Program-made: the position numbers and the translations under genes
Source of the DNA: Raillietiella orientalis
Lineage: Eukaryota
Length of the DNA: 64,000 nucleotides
NCBI GenBank assembly: GCA_036172245.1
Contig: JAYWIR010000006.1
Coordinates: 4,774,001-4,838,000 of the forward strand
Direction of reading: 5' to 3'
Notes under the pieces: model-generated
Seen by the model: only the letters and a program-made list of their open reading frames with translations
Databases searched by the model: none
Told to the model about the DNA's origin: nothing
Shown here: positions 1 to 11,941 of the stretch, in pieces
Layout of the letters: each line of letters begins with the position of its first letter
Position numbering within the stretch: the first letter of the stretch is position 1

Positions 1-1331
1 TGGAAGCGGAGGCTCCACTCTTTTTTTGCTTTTCTTTTCAATCTCGCACAACACGCGTTGCCCTATCGACAGCTCGTGGGATCTTCGCTCCGATGCAGCG
101 GCGCGCCGCCCCCCTACTTTTCCCGCACCCGCGGCGCTGCCGCCGTCGCAGGCAGGGAGCCATCCTCTGGTCCGTTTTCTTTTGGCAGACAATCCGAGCG
201 GAGTAACGAGTGGACGAAAAAGTGGCGCGTGCCAGCGGCAGGCAGAGGCGCGAGCACGCCCTGCGCGACCGCGGGCGCACGGAAGAGACCCCGCGTCCCC
301 GACTGGGGACAGCGCTCGGGAAGGGAACTGCGCGCGAGCTGCAGTTGCCCCCCCCCCCTTCCTTCCTTCCTACCTTCCTGGCTCACCGCCTTTTCCTGAT
401 TCCTCCCGGACGGAGCGCCTTCTTGGCACGCGGCTGCTCGCGCCGCCCGAGGAAGGAGCGTCCAGAGCCAGCCAAAATTCCGACTCTGCGCGTGGCCCGC
501 TGGAGGTCGCCCTCATCGACGCGGTGCGGCGACGCCCGCCCCACGCGCTCTCGCAGTGCTCCTGCGTGCGCCGTGGAGATTCGCGCCGTGCGCTTTCCAG
601 AGGCGCGCCTTCGCGGCGTGGCGTCCGCATCCGCGAGTGTCCGCAGTGCAGCAGCAGCATCCCCGTCTACGCGCAGCGCGGACACGGAGCGTGTGCGAAT
701 CCTGAGGCGGTTTCCCGGGGAGCGAGTCGAAAGGACTGCTTGACCTCCTCCTTCCCCCTCGCCGGGGGGTGGAGCGGCAACTTCCCTGGAATGATCACCG
801 CCCACTCCCGGCTCGCCGACACATCGCTTCCGCTTCCCGCCGCAGACTGTCCGTCGTGGTCACGTGCACCGAGTTTCCCCGCTCAGCACCCTCCGCGTGA
901 CCCCTCCCCACTCTCGCCCTCTCCGTCCGTGACCTCCTGGAGTCCCGCCGCCACTCCCGAATGCAGGGCCGCCCGCCAGATGTCGAGGGGCCGCGCGTAG
1001 TCTCTCGAGGAGGAAGAACGTTCCTCCGGCCCTCCTGCCACTGCCCGCGATCCGTCCCGAGGACTTGGCGGTGCCGCTCCAGGAAGCCGACCCGTCCCTC
1101 GGTGAGGTCGGGCTGTGGGTGCGGGTCCGGTGCCCTTGCACCCACCTGGAATTCCCCGCGGTCCGCGCGCCTGCAGGCCTCGCCCTCCGGCGACGCGCCA
1201 GCAGCAAAGGACTATCGCCTCTATCGCCGCTCCTCCCATCAGGACTCTGCTCCTGGCAGCCTACTCTCTCGTCCCCTGCAGCCTCACGAACCTTAGCGCC
1301 CGGGGTCCGAACGGAGGACGCGTGCCGGGAG
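1..1331 (+). repeat. Left arm of a near-perfect long inverted repeat (may extend beyond the window start)
   Basis: Position i pairs with 4684-i. The ORF track shows identical proteins mirrored on opposite strands (e.g. 26..1000+ and 3684..4658-). I noticed only one mismatch, near 1310. Confidence 0.97.
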
Positions 1332-2434
1332 CTGACCCCAGGAACTCAACAACGCACCCGGAGGAATTCGGAAGGTGGAACCAGCTCAGCAGTAACGCCG
1401 CGGTGGGCGTGACGGAGCCCGCACTCGCGAGGCCCGCGCGCAAGGGCCAGAGCACATGGGCTGACGGTGCCGGCTCGCGAGCAGGCGCCCACTCCCGCAC
1501 CAAGCGCAGGCATGACGGGACGGGTGCGAGGAGACACGGTAGAGGGTGCTGGCAGTCCTGTAACCACAGCAACGCGGACGCGAGGGGGGGGATTCTTTTC
1601 CTCGGAGGGGGTTCCCATCTGGCGGAAGTCTTCGCTTCCGATCTGCTTCCTGCTGCTGCTCGGGAGCAGGAGGAAGGACAGCATCCGGCGATCGGCGCTG
1701 AGCAGAAGAGCTTCGACACCGCCCAGCAGACGCTGCTGCCTGGTTCCCTGCGTTAGCGGCCGGGGAGCATGAGAGCGCCTTGCGCTGTTGCCGCTCCCCT
1801 GAGCCCCCTTCCGACGCCAACGCGCTCCTTTTTCGTCGTCCTGCGCGGTCTCTTGTCCCGCGAGAGACGGGATCCCCCCGAGACTGGCGGCCAGGCTCCC
1901 GCATGCACGCGGGAACCTCAAGGGTGCCTCACGTCTCCCTGCTGACCTCTTGGTTTCCCGAAGAGACGCCCGAGCGGGTCGTCGGAATCCGCATTCCTGT
2001 GCGTTCGCCGGGTGGAAGGGAGAGCGAGAGAGTCTCTTAGGTGCAACTGCCCGTCGGGTGCGCCGGCCGCACCGCGCGGTTTCCTCCGATGTGAAAAAGG
2101 GGGTCGGGGCAGCGGAACCTGCCGGAGACGGAGTTGTCGACGGCGGAGGAAGGCATGGACACTCGCGGATTGGATGCTGCAACTGCTCCCGGCTCCACGA
2201 AGTCCTGCGAAGCGTGGAGCACAGCGGGCGAGCCGCGAATGCGGATGGCTCCTTCGTGGGCGCTAATTAGCCTCCGAGGCAGTGCACGGGCACGCACTCG
2301 GTCAGGAGGAGACCCCAGGAGACAAGCAAACGGCGTTTTCAGAGTGGGGGGGCCGACAGAGTATGGGGAGTGCGTGTTTTTAGGAGGCGTAACCCGATTT
2401 GGAGCACCGCCACACGCCTTGCATACGCGGTACA

Positions 2435-2520
2435 TCAGGATGATAGTAGGAATAATGATAACAACAACAACATAGCAATCTCTCGAAAGAAAATAACCAA
2501 GGCGCAACTGCAGTAAGGGT
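2435..2520 (-). CDS. Candidate terminal exon of the beat gene encoding a hydrophobic (GPI-signal or membrane-anchor-like) C-terminus
   Basis: Branch-like TATTAAC, then gtatcttctgcgttatacAG|. The phase-1 join with the 9525 donor gives ...QGS-D-PYCSCALVIFFREIAMLLLLSLFLLSS*. The sequence is T-rich and low complexity, so the hydrophobicity could be by chance. Confidence 0.4.
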
Positions 2521-3352
2521 CTGTATAACGCAGAAGATACGTTAATACTTGATATACGAATGTTCTGGGTTCATACGACTCCGCGTAATACGGATCCTTT
2601 GGGTCAAACACGGAGGATGTGAAAAAATGAAACGCACTCCTCCATCACCTAAGGAGCTTGCAGAGTTTTGTTGCCATTTAATCGACTGAAACGATTCTGC
2701 AGCTTCAGCTTCACCACCCTCTCTGCATTGCGTGCCTGCTTGCGTGCCCTGTCGTTGCCATCTGCGCGTTCCCCTGTAGTGGCCCCTACTGTTCCCCAGG
2801 GCGGGGTTGCTCGCTGCGCGAGGAGGTCTGTGGCGGGCGCTCGCGATTGAGACACATCACTACGTGCCCCTGCCTGGCGACGGAGGGATCGCTGTCCCAG
2901 CATTGCCCGGTTCCGATGCCGGGCTTCCCGGTGCTTCGGGGGAAGAAACTGTTGACTGCATCTCCCAAAAAGCCAGAGATCCCTTCTCTGTGTTGGGGCG
3001 CTTCCGTGTGTCCCCGCCCTCTGGGGTGGAAGCTGCTGCTGTCGCGCCGGACTTTCCGCGCGACTAGAGCTGGCACTTCGCATCCCCGAACCGCGCTCCC
3101 GGTGCGGGACGGTCGAGTCGTTCCATTGGACTGCAGTGCCCTCGGTGGCATTTGGCGGCGGCTGCCCTCCACGCCAAGGGCACCGCCAAAAACAACGCGG
3201 GCAACCTTCGCGTGAGGCGGAGCGCCAGCAGACGCCGCGATGGCGCGACCTGGTGCCGCGCTGCCGTCACGGTCCACCGCGTGCCACAGTGTCGGGCTCA
3301 GCGGAGGGAAGTCATCCGCGTGGACGCCGCGGGCACGTGAGGTCAGCCTCAC

Positions 3353-4683
3353 CTCCCGGCACGCGTCCTCCGTCCGGACCCCGGGCGCTAAGGTTCGTGA
3401 GGCTGCAGGGGACGAGAGAGTAGGCTGCCAGGAGCAGAGTCCTGATGGGAGGAGCGGCGATAGAGGCGATAGTCCTTTGCTGCTGGCGCGTCGCCGGAGG
3501 GCGAGGCCTGCAGGCGCGCGGACCGCGGGGAATTCCAGGTGGGTGCAAGGGCACCGGACCCGCACCCACAGCCCGACCTCACCGAGGGACGGGTCGGCTT
3601 CCTGGAGCGGCACCGCCAAGTCCTCGGGACGGATCGCGGGCAGTGGCAGGAGGGCCGGAGGAACGTTCTTCCTCCTCGAGAGACTACGCGCGGCCCCTCG
3701 ACATCTGGCGGGCGGCCCTGCATTCGGGAGTGGCGGCGGGACTCCAGGAGGTCACGGACGGAGAGGGCGAGAGTGGGGAGGGGTCACGCGGAGGGTGCTG
3801 AGCGGGGAAACTCGGTGCACGTGACCACGACGGACAGTCTGCGGCGGGAAGCGGAAGCGATGTGTCGGCGAGCCGGGAGTGGGCGGTGATCATTCCAGGG
3901 AAGTTGCCGCTCCACCCCCCGGCGAGGGGGAAGGAGGAGGTCAAGCAGTCCTTTCGACTCGCTCCCCGGGAAACCGCCTCAGGATTCGCACACGCTCCGT
4001 GTCCGCGCTGCGCGTAGACGGGGATGCTGCTGCTGCACTGCGGACACTCGCGGATGCGGACGCCACGCCGCGAAGGCGCGCCTCTGGAAAGCGCACGGCG
4101 CGAATCTCCACGGCGCACGCAGGAGCACTGCGAGAGCGCGTGGGGCGGGCGTCGCCGCACCGCGTCGATGAGGGCGACCTCCAGCGGGCCACGCGCAGAG
4201 TCGGAATTTTGGCTGGCTCTGGACGCTCCTTCCTCGGGCGGCGCGAGCAGCCGCGTGCCAAGAAGGCGCTCCGTCCGGGAGGAATCAGGAAAAGGCGGTG
4301 AGCCAGGAAGGTAGGAAGGAAGGAAGGGGGGGGGGGCAACTGCAGCTCGCGCGCAGTTCCCTTCCCGAGCGCTGTCCCCAGTCGGGGACGCGGGGTCTCT
4401 TCCGTGCGCCCGCGGTCGCGCAGGGCGTGCTCGCGCCTCTGCCTGCCGCTGGCACGCGCCACTTTTTCGTCCACTCGTTACTCCGCTCGGATTGTCTGCC
4501 AAAAGAAAACGGACCAGAGGATGGCTCCCTGCCTGCGACGGCGGCAGCGCCGCGGGTGCGGGAAAAGTAGGGGGGCGGCGCGCCGCTGCATCGGAGCGAA
4601 GATCCCACGAGCTGTCGATAGGGCAACGCGTGTTGTGCGAGATTGAAAAGAAAAGCAAAAAAAGAGTGGAGCCTCCGCTTCCA
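3353..4683 (-). repeat. Right arm of the long inverted repeat
   Basis: Reverse complement of 1-1331. Identity breaks at 3352/1332. Confidence 0.97.
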
Positions 4684-4864
4684 GGATGCTGCGAAAAGTG
4701 AGGAAGGCGTTTTTGCCGGCGCGGATGACGTTCGGGTCTCCTTTTTGTTTGTTTGCTCGTGTATTTTCGTCTCCATAACTACGCTGTGACTCGGCTAACG
4801 ATAAACTCCCATTTCTAGCCGATCCTTTTTCATTTGTTCATCGCAGTGTTCCCATAGCGAGCAC

Positions 4865-4868
<4 letters not shown>

Positions 4869-4897
<29 letters not shown>
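4869..4897 (+). repeat. Poly(A) run of 29 nt
   Basis: Uninterrupted A run read directly; possibly a retroposon tail. Confidence 0.9.
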
Positions 4898-4899
<2 letters not shown>

Positions 4900-7800
4900 T
4901 ACCCTTAAAATTTTTCGTTGTTCGCTTCAATGAAGCGGCAACCAATTACATATTTCACACATAAATTGTGTGTTCGAATAGTGAGAATGCGAATCATGCG
5001 ACCGTTTCATTTTTCTTGGGTTTTTCTTTGGCAACTCCGTTTCCAACTTGTTTGTTTCTTCTTCTCATGTTTTCTTTTTCTATTAAATAAACGCCCTGAC
5101 GAGACCAGGTGAAAAACTACTTCACGTAGCGAATGATTCGCGAGAGTTCGCGCTGGCTGCCCGCGTGCGTTTGTCCGCATCAAAGCAGCGCGAGCCGTCT
5201 GTTTCCCGTTCAGGAGATTCATCATCAATCAGACCTGTCAGCAAGCCGAGGTCGGTCTCCCACGTTCTTCTGACGAGTCCCCATGCTAATGGCGGTGTTC
5301 CGCTACGAACAGCCGCGCTGCGCTGTTGGCGGCTTCACGAACACCTTCGACACGTTGAACTGCACGCTGCGTGTACCGACGGACGTCTCACCGCACCACG
5401 CTGTGGTGAATGGGGTGCTGCACAGATGCGCCATCTTTCGCGTCGCTCAAGTGTCCCCACACTTCCCGCTGCGTCGTGCGCACGCGGCCGTCCCTGCCCC
5501 CGTTGCCTGCCGGGGCCGTCGCGAGGCGAATTTCATTCTCGACGTGCCCTCCGCGTGGTCCCAGCCGCCACCTGGCGCGGTCATCAGCTTTTGGTCCACC
5601 GACTTGAGCGGTTCGCCATCCTGATCAGAAAGCGTACACAGGGATACGGGATGGTTCGGCTCCAGGGACCGGGGGACGGGAGGGGAGGAACCGGATTCCT
5701 CGCTGCTTCCTTCTCCCGCTCAAGATGAGCGGAGTTTCCCAAACTTCCAACAGAGGACCTGTAGAACGGGGGGTTCGCTGATGGGACTGCCATGCCTCTG
5801 AGAGCACGTTATCGGAGGGCGAGTGGCAGAAGGCTGCCGAGGGTCAGAGAGAAGGGAAAGGAAGACTCACACACTACAGGGAGTCTCTGCAAAGACACCC
5901 GAGTCGAGGGCCGGTCCCATCTGTGGCCTGCGAGTGCTGAGGCAGATGGTGAAACAAAGTGCGCGGGGTTGAGCTGCTGCTTCCACACGGCAGCGGAAGA
6001 AGTCACTCGTCGAGCAGCGAGGGTGGCGGCCTAGGAGCTCCTGCGGGCAGGGTTCCGGGCGGGTCAGGTGAAGTCTAACGCAGTCGGGTTTGGCAACACT
6101 GCGAGGATTCCGGGAGAGCCAACGGCGGAGATCGGCAGCACCGGCACGTTGGTTTTCTTCCGCCGTCTGCTTCTGTCGCCTCTAAGAGGCCGCCAGGAGC
6201 CCGGTGGCCTCCCAGAGGCGTCGCGTGAGGCAACGCCTCTCGGTGTTCTTCCGGGGTGGCTGAGCGTTGCACGGGTACAGTCCGTCTGCCGAGAAGGCAT
6301 CTCCGTCATCCGGGGACTCTCCTCCTGTCGGACCCACCTCCAGGCTGCAGAGGACCGTGCGTACCCGTGCCCGGAGGCAAGAGCATCTCTGGAGGCCATG
6401 CCGCAGCCTCTGCTGGACCCAATACTCACAGCAGCAGGAACGTTCCCTTGGAATCCCGGAAGACATCCTCCGGACGCCGAACTTTCGCTCCCGCTTGCCT
6501 CCACAGATGGAAAGGGGAGCAGGGACAGTTGGGATGCTGGACGGCAGTGTTCTCTGATTTCCAGGACGCCTTGGCACCACCTCGGTGAGGGTGGGGGTGG
6601 GGTGGGGATGGGAAGCAGCTGAGATTAAGACCCAAAGCGGTCGCTATCAGAAGAGCTGCTGCTCCTGCGTTTCCCATGGACACGCGCCTGATCCTTCGGG
6701 CTGTTCAAAGATGCTGCTGCATTCCCGGGAAGAAGGCCGGTCGGCCGGGCTTTGCTGCTGCTTGCTGCTGTCGGCGGCACTTCTTTGGCTACTCCCATCC
6801 CACGGTTATCTTGCAACGATGCGCATGGACTTGCGGACCCTCCGCCTGCCGGCTGCCGGAAGATTCCAAACCTAGGCGCGCAGGATACCTGTGCGCCTGA
6901 CGACAGGGGCACCCCGTCGCGGGAGGTCTCGGGTCGGGTGGGGGCCGGGAGGTTTTCAAGGACATCGATCCACTCTGCAAACTCGAACCGTCTCTCCCCA
7001 ATCGCTGCTACGCCACCCCCGGGTGGCGCACGCCGCCACGGGAGGGCGAGAAAAGGCCTTGACCGACCTCCGCCCAGTGACCGACCAGCCTGCTTCACCA
7101 GAACTTTTGGAAATGCCGAAGCGTGACTCCCCGTCGGATGACCATTGCTCCCGGCAAGAGGAAGAGCTCGTCCGAAACTCCCCCCTCCATCCGAGCTTCC
7201 AGCCTTTTGGCTAAGATCAAAGTGAAGGCACGTTCCCCGTCCCGGCACCGCCTCAGGGCTTTGCGTCTCAGACCCTCTCGCCGAAATGCTATGCGCGCAT
7301 GTAGCCATGAGGCGACCCTCTGGGAGGTCTTCGTTCGCGCCGGGGCAGGAGAGGGACTGGACCCAGTCTCCTCTCCTCCTTCCTCGCTGCCCCCAACTGC
7401 TGCTGCTGCTGCTCCGCTTCCCGGGGATCGTCTCTCCGGGGTCCTAGCACCCGTCACCTCTCGGCAGCAGTGGGGCATGAGAGTGTCCTCATGGCAGAAT
7501 GGGGATCCGGGACTGGATCCCTTCGGAGGATGTGGGGTCGCCGATACCCAGCTGGTTCGTCCCTCTCCTCTCCGCCCTCCTCCTCTGTGCCCACCAGGCA
7601 GGGCCGGCAGTCCTCCATGGCGTTCTCGTCGCTGCAGCTGGCACCGTCCAGCTCCACAGTCGCCTGCCCTCCCCCCCCTTTTCCCTCGAACGTCCCTTTG
7701 CAGAAGCGGCCTGACCGGTATCAGCCACGATTCTCCGGTACCGTCCCTCTTTTTCTGGCACGCTCTGCACGCCCGGACCCCTTTCTCCTCCTTGACCTCG

Positions 7801-8454
7801 TGGCCATCTTTCGAGGCGCATCGTCGCTAGATGGGGTGACCATACGCCTGAGGCTGGAACTCTCGCTTTGTCCTCTTTGGATCTCACCTCACCAGCATCC
7901 CGCTGCTGGTCCGGATACGGTGGAGGCGGCGTCGATGCTCCCTGTGCCCCCAGAAAAGGTCGAGGGAGGGGAAGGTAGTGCATATCTTTGAGGATGCTGC
8001 CCCCGCCGCCACGGCGTTTCGGATTGGAGGCGTCCTTCAAATCCCGACCCTGAGGCTCCAGGAAAGTCGTCGTCCTGTATTCTCGTGCTTTGGGAGGGGG
8101 GGAGAAAGGAGGAGGAGGGATGCCTTAGGAGCGGGTGGGTCAGCTGACCCCCAGCTGCCCACTCGTCGGAGGCCGCCCCTCCGGTCCGAGGAAGACCGCG
8201 GGTCAGTCCTTCGGGCGGGCCCACGAGCCAGGAGAGAGAAGCCTTGGAGCGGATCCGGAAGCTGCGAAGACAGGGGTGCCGCGTCGGGGAAGTCTGACTC
8301 TGCGCCCGGGAAGCGAGAAGAGCGACCAGTCTTCAGCGGCTGAAGGCCAAAAGCAGGATTCCAGACGAGACGAGGAAAGCGTCCAGGGTCTTCCCAGCAC
8401 CTGGGAGGCAGACACCCGTTGAGTTTCCGGAACGGGGAGGAGGAGGAAGGAGTC

Positions 8455-9195
8455 GCGTGTCCTTTCCCATCAGTTCCCGGATTTCTGGAAAGGACCCCGG
8501 AAGGTCAACTTCCAGTTTCGGACGGTTAATGGGGGCGCCTGGTTTCTCACCAGTGCCTCACCAGGGGCCAGTCGAGGCTGACCAGCTCCATGCTGCGGGA
8601 AAGACCCCGGAGAAAGGGGGTCCGTCTCTCTCACGCTTGGGAGGAGAATCTGGGAAAGAATCCTCGACCCAGTTGTTCCCAGAGGGAACCCGGAAGAAAA
8701 TCCCGCGCTGATTTTCTCCGGAGGGCACTCGGAAGAAAATTCCTTCCTTATTCTCTCCGGGAGGACCTTCTCAAAAGGATCGTCTCCTGCTTGCTCCTCT
8801 GAAGGGATCCCCGAAAGGAGCAGAGCGCTTCTTGCACTCTGAAGGGGCAACCTCTGGGGGAGTATCAACCAGCTCCATGGTACTCGATAGAGGGTGTCTT
8901 CCGAGGGTGAGAAGGGTGGCTCCATTTTCGCAACCAGAGGGGACCAGCTCCGTGGTTCCCGGAAGGGACCCTGGACGGTCAACTTCCTATTCTGGCCACT
9001 CAAAGGGGACATCCGGCTGGTCTATTCGGGTGCAGCATCCGAACAAATCAGCCAGCGTCATCCTGCAGTAAGGATGTGGGGAATCAAAACCCAGGACGCA
9101 CCCATTTCTTGGCGTCAAACCTTACCCTGCCCGGGCGGGATTCGAACCCGTGACGCTTTGTGCCACGCGTGCGCGAAGGCCGCAGCCGCACGACC
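8455..9195 (-). mobile_element. tRNA-headed SINE-like element, copy 1 (body partly duplicated internally)
   Basis: B-box GGTTCGAATCCC on the minus strand (9137-9148). Family motifs g(a/c)ggtcaacttcc and accagctcc(a/g)tg each occur more than once. Confidence 0.7.
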
Positions 9196-9524
9196 GCCAG
9201 AGCGGGCAAGGCGGACGAGACAAAGGAAGATGCAGAACCTCCCGATGGCCCCAGGGGGACACGTGAGAGAAGGGGACTTCCACTGCGCCGCGCTGCTGAC
9301 TCACAAGGGCGCGCGAGGGCCGCCCGCGGCCCGGAAGCGGGGTTCCTGGGCGTTGGCGCAGGAGCAGATCGTCCAGGATCGCCTCAGACGGTGCTCTGGG
9401 TCAGTCGTCTGCAAGCACACCGCAAGGGAGGAAGGGGATCGGGGAGGGAGGGAGGAACAGCTCTCGCGCGCCTCCATGACGGAAACGAGCCCCCGCCGAA
9501 AGGGGAGTAGGAGCGAGTGGCTAC

Positions 9525-9759
9525 CTGATCCCTGGGTCAGTTTACTTTTGTCCGCGGAGGGCCTCGTGCTCTTCAGGTAGATCCTCTCCGTCGTCTCCGC
9601 GTACGTCTTGGCAACGGTCGATGTACACTTGAGTTCCAGGAAGCGCGCCGCGTTGTTCTGGTGCCTCTTTGAGATCAGAAAGTGGACGCCCAGCTTGGAG
9701 ACCTCCAGCCCTCCCTTCACAACCACTGGCACGTACTCGATGAGGGCGTCCTTCCCCGC
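9525..9759 (-). CDS. beat: Beat-family exon, second half of the C2-type Ig domain plus linker
   Basis: Follows a 66-bp GT-AG intron (9760-9825). Translates AGKDALIEYVPVVVKGGLEVSKLGVHFLISKRHQNNAARFLELKCTSTVAKTYAETTERIYLKSTRPSADKSKLTQGS, with the second Ig Cys in LKC. The 3' end is uncertain: either the donor CAG|GTAGCC at 9525/9524, or read-through to the stop at 9301. Confidence 0.85.
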
Positions 9760-9825
9760 CTGCGGGAAAAGGTGATTGTTCCCCACCCGGGATCCCGGCA
9801 AAGCAGGGGGCACCTTCCCCATTAC

Positions 9826-9959
9826 CTTGACGGAGTTGATGTACCACGTGAGGCTGGCGGCCGGCTTGGACCTGGCCGACGTGCAGTTCAGCCGGACGGT
9901 GTCGCCCAGTCTGTAGCTGTCCTGCAGGCCGCTGATGACCGGCGGCTGCCGAGGGATGG
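9826..9959 (-). CDS. beat: Beat-family exon, first half of the C2-type Ig domain (not shown in the ORF track)
   Basis: Acceptor tgcaattAG| (phase 1) and donor AAG|GTAATG (phase 0); 134 bp. Translates (A)IPRQPPVISGLQDSYRLGDTVRLNCTSARSKPAASLTWYINSVK, with the Beat motif YxxGDxVxxNCTSxxSxPAAxLxWxIN. Confidence 0.93.
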
Positions 9960-11941
9960 CTAATTGCAGAGTCTTGTAGATAGCAGGCGCCTGTTTTATT
10001 CAGGGGGGTGGGGAGAGAACGGCGGCAGCGAGAAGGGGGAAAGAAGGAGGGGGAAGGAAAAGGAAGGGATTTCGATCAGCTCTTTATCGATTGGGGTCCG
10101 GGGCGGCCGCTGCCCTCCGTTGGGAGCGGCAGATCCACTCGACAGCTCTCGGAACCGCGGAACATCCACGGGAGAGGTGAGGCCACATGGTGGTCCAGCG
10201 CTTCGCTCGAGGGGGCACGGAGCGACTCCAGAGGGAAAAGGCTGGAGAGGCGACCCCTATCCTTCCCGGGAACTCCGTAGAATGGGGAGGAGGGGGGCTA
10301 GTGCGACGGCGCCCACTCCCGGGAGTCGGGTTCGCCTTCGAAATAGTGGCGATGCTGTCGGCGAGGGACCGGAGTTCCCGGAAAGCGAGAAAGCTGGAGG
10401 ACGGCAGCCCGGCGCCTGGGGCGTCACGTCGCGTCCGCCCCCTACCGAGAGCAGCAGGGAGTGCTACAGTGCCCCGCTAAGGACGAGGGAGAGCTTTGGG
10501 AAGGTTCATGCCGAGCCGATCCGCGTGGCTCTCAGCCTCCGGCGCCGTCCTGGGTCCCGGAGTGGGGGCTTCGGAGGAGGAATTTCCCGTTGCGAGGTCT
10601 CCAATCTGCGCAGGGAAGGCGGATGGTGGTGATGGTGGAGAGAGCTGAGGGAAGACCCGCCCGTGGCTTCTGAAGGGGTCGGATGATTTCGTCCTTTCCT
10701 TCCACTTCGATCAGACGGGATGGAACTGACCGCGTCCACGGCGCCTTCCGTGACCTACCTCGGGCCGCTGCGAGGGTGCAGTCGCAGGATCCGGAGTCTC
10801 GGAAGGTCGGATCATCCCTTTCCCCATCGGTGCTTCTCCAGGGCCCCCGTCTCTTCCCTCCCGCTGCGGAAAATCGGAAATCCCCGTCCCAGCATGGAGC
10901 GTTTTCCGGGACTGGTGGTCCCACGGACAAGAGGCGGGGGGTGGCAGGGGTGCCCATGCAGGAGGGCATGCGGAACCTTCCATCGACCTTTTCTTCTCCT
11001 TCTGCGCAGTCCAGGGGCTCCCAAGGTCGGTCCACCTCGGACAATTCGGGGCCTGACCCTTCCTTGCCCCAGGAGTCGCCCCCAGGTTTCGGCAGGACTT
11101 CCGGCAGCATGACGTCTGGAACGAGCCTTCCGGCGCCGCGGTTGCCGCACTCTGTATTGGGAGACGGTTGCTTGGGAGAGGCCAGCCCCTTGGCGACAAG
11201 CCGCCGCAGACTGACCCATGAGGACTCGACCCTCTCAACACGCCTTTCCTCCCCTGGCTCTGCCTCCATAGTTGCCGCCAGTCGGGACGCTTCCGTCAGA
11301 TCGCTGCGGGAGGTCTGCCGCACCTAAGAATCGCTGGATGGGGGAAGATAGTCGAGAGGTCGCGGACGACCCTGGTCCCGAGAGCCTCTAAACGTGTTCC
11401 ATGCGCGGTCCTCCGAGCGTTAGAGCGCTCTTGGGGTGCGGGTCCACCCTCGCCTCCCGCGCAGGTGAACCGGCTGATCATGGGATGAGGGAGGGACTGC
11501 TACAGAATGCTGCGGGACCACATCCTCCTCCTCCAGGCGGAAGACGTGCTCGCCGTCGCCTGATGGAGGCCGCGACCCGAGAGGAACGGAGAGAAAGGCA
11601 GAGAGCGGAGCAAACGGCGGCGGTGGTCAGGTGAAGGAGGCGGGGAGGGAGGAAGTCTTTCGGCGGTCGAATTCGGGATGCTGAGCAGCTCCCGTCCTCT
11701 CTGAACTCTGGTGGCAGGGCTACTGAGCCTCAGCGCCCACGCACGCTGGCGCTGCAGCCTTCGCAGGGAAGAGTACCACGAAGGTCTCCACCGACCGCGG
11801 GGTTCCCTAAGCGACCGCACTGGGCGTGAGGAAGGTGGGCTGGCCTTTCCGAGAATCGCGCGAGAGCGTGGCTGTATTCGGGAGGCCTCTGTCTCCTCCC
11901 TTTTCTGGATTGGTGACCAACTGACCAACCACTCCACTCAC

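Noticed and set aside
26..1000. 324-aa ORF and its mirror at 3684-4658
   Set aside because: R/P/S/A-rich with no recognisable domain, and overlapped by ORFs in many frames. This is expected in GC-rich DNA, and the duplication only reflects the inverted repeat.
4903..5096. Possible minus-strand exon ending at a GTAAGT donor beside the poly(A/T) run
   Set aside because: The frames checked, including the phase-compatible one, hit early stops and give K/R-rich low-complexity peptides. No support as a coding exon.
6589..6612. G-quadruplex-type motif gggtgggggtggggtggggatggg
   Set aside because: G-runs are common throughout this GC-rich window, and nothing singles this one out.
6585..6875. Signal/GPI-like stretch GLCCCLLLSAALLWLLP
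   Set aside because: It is on the plus strand, opposite to the beat gene, with no supporting splice context.
5700..7320. Possible minus-strand LINE endonuclease relic (GGVAAI..., RGL..K-like traces)
   Set aside because: Only two short ambiguous motifs, and no GDFN or SDH motif was found.
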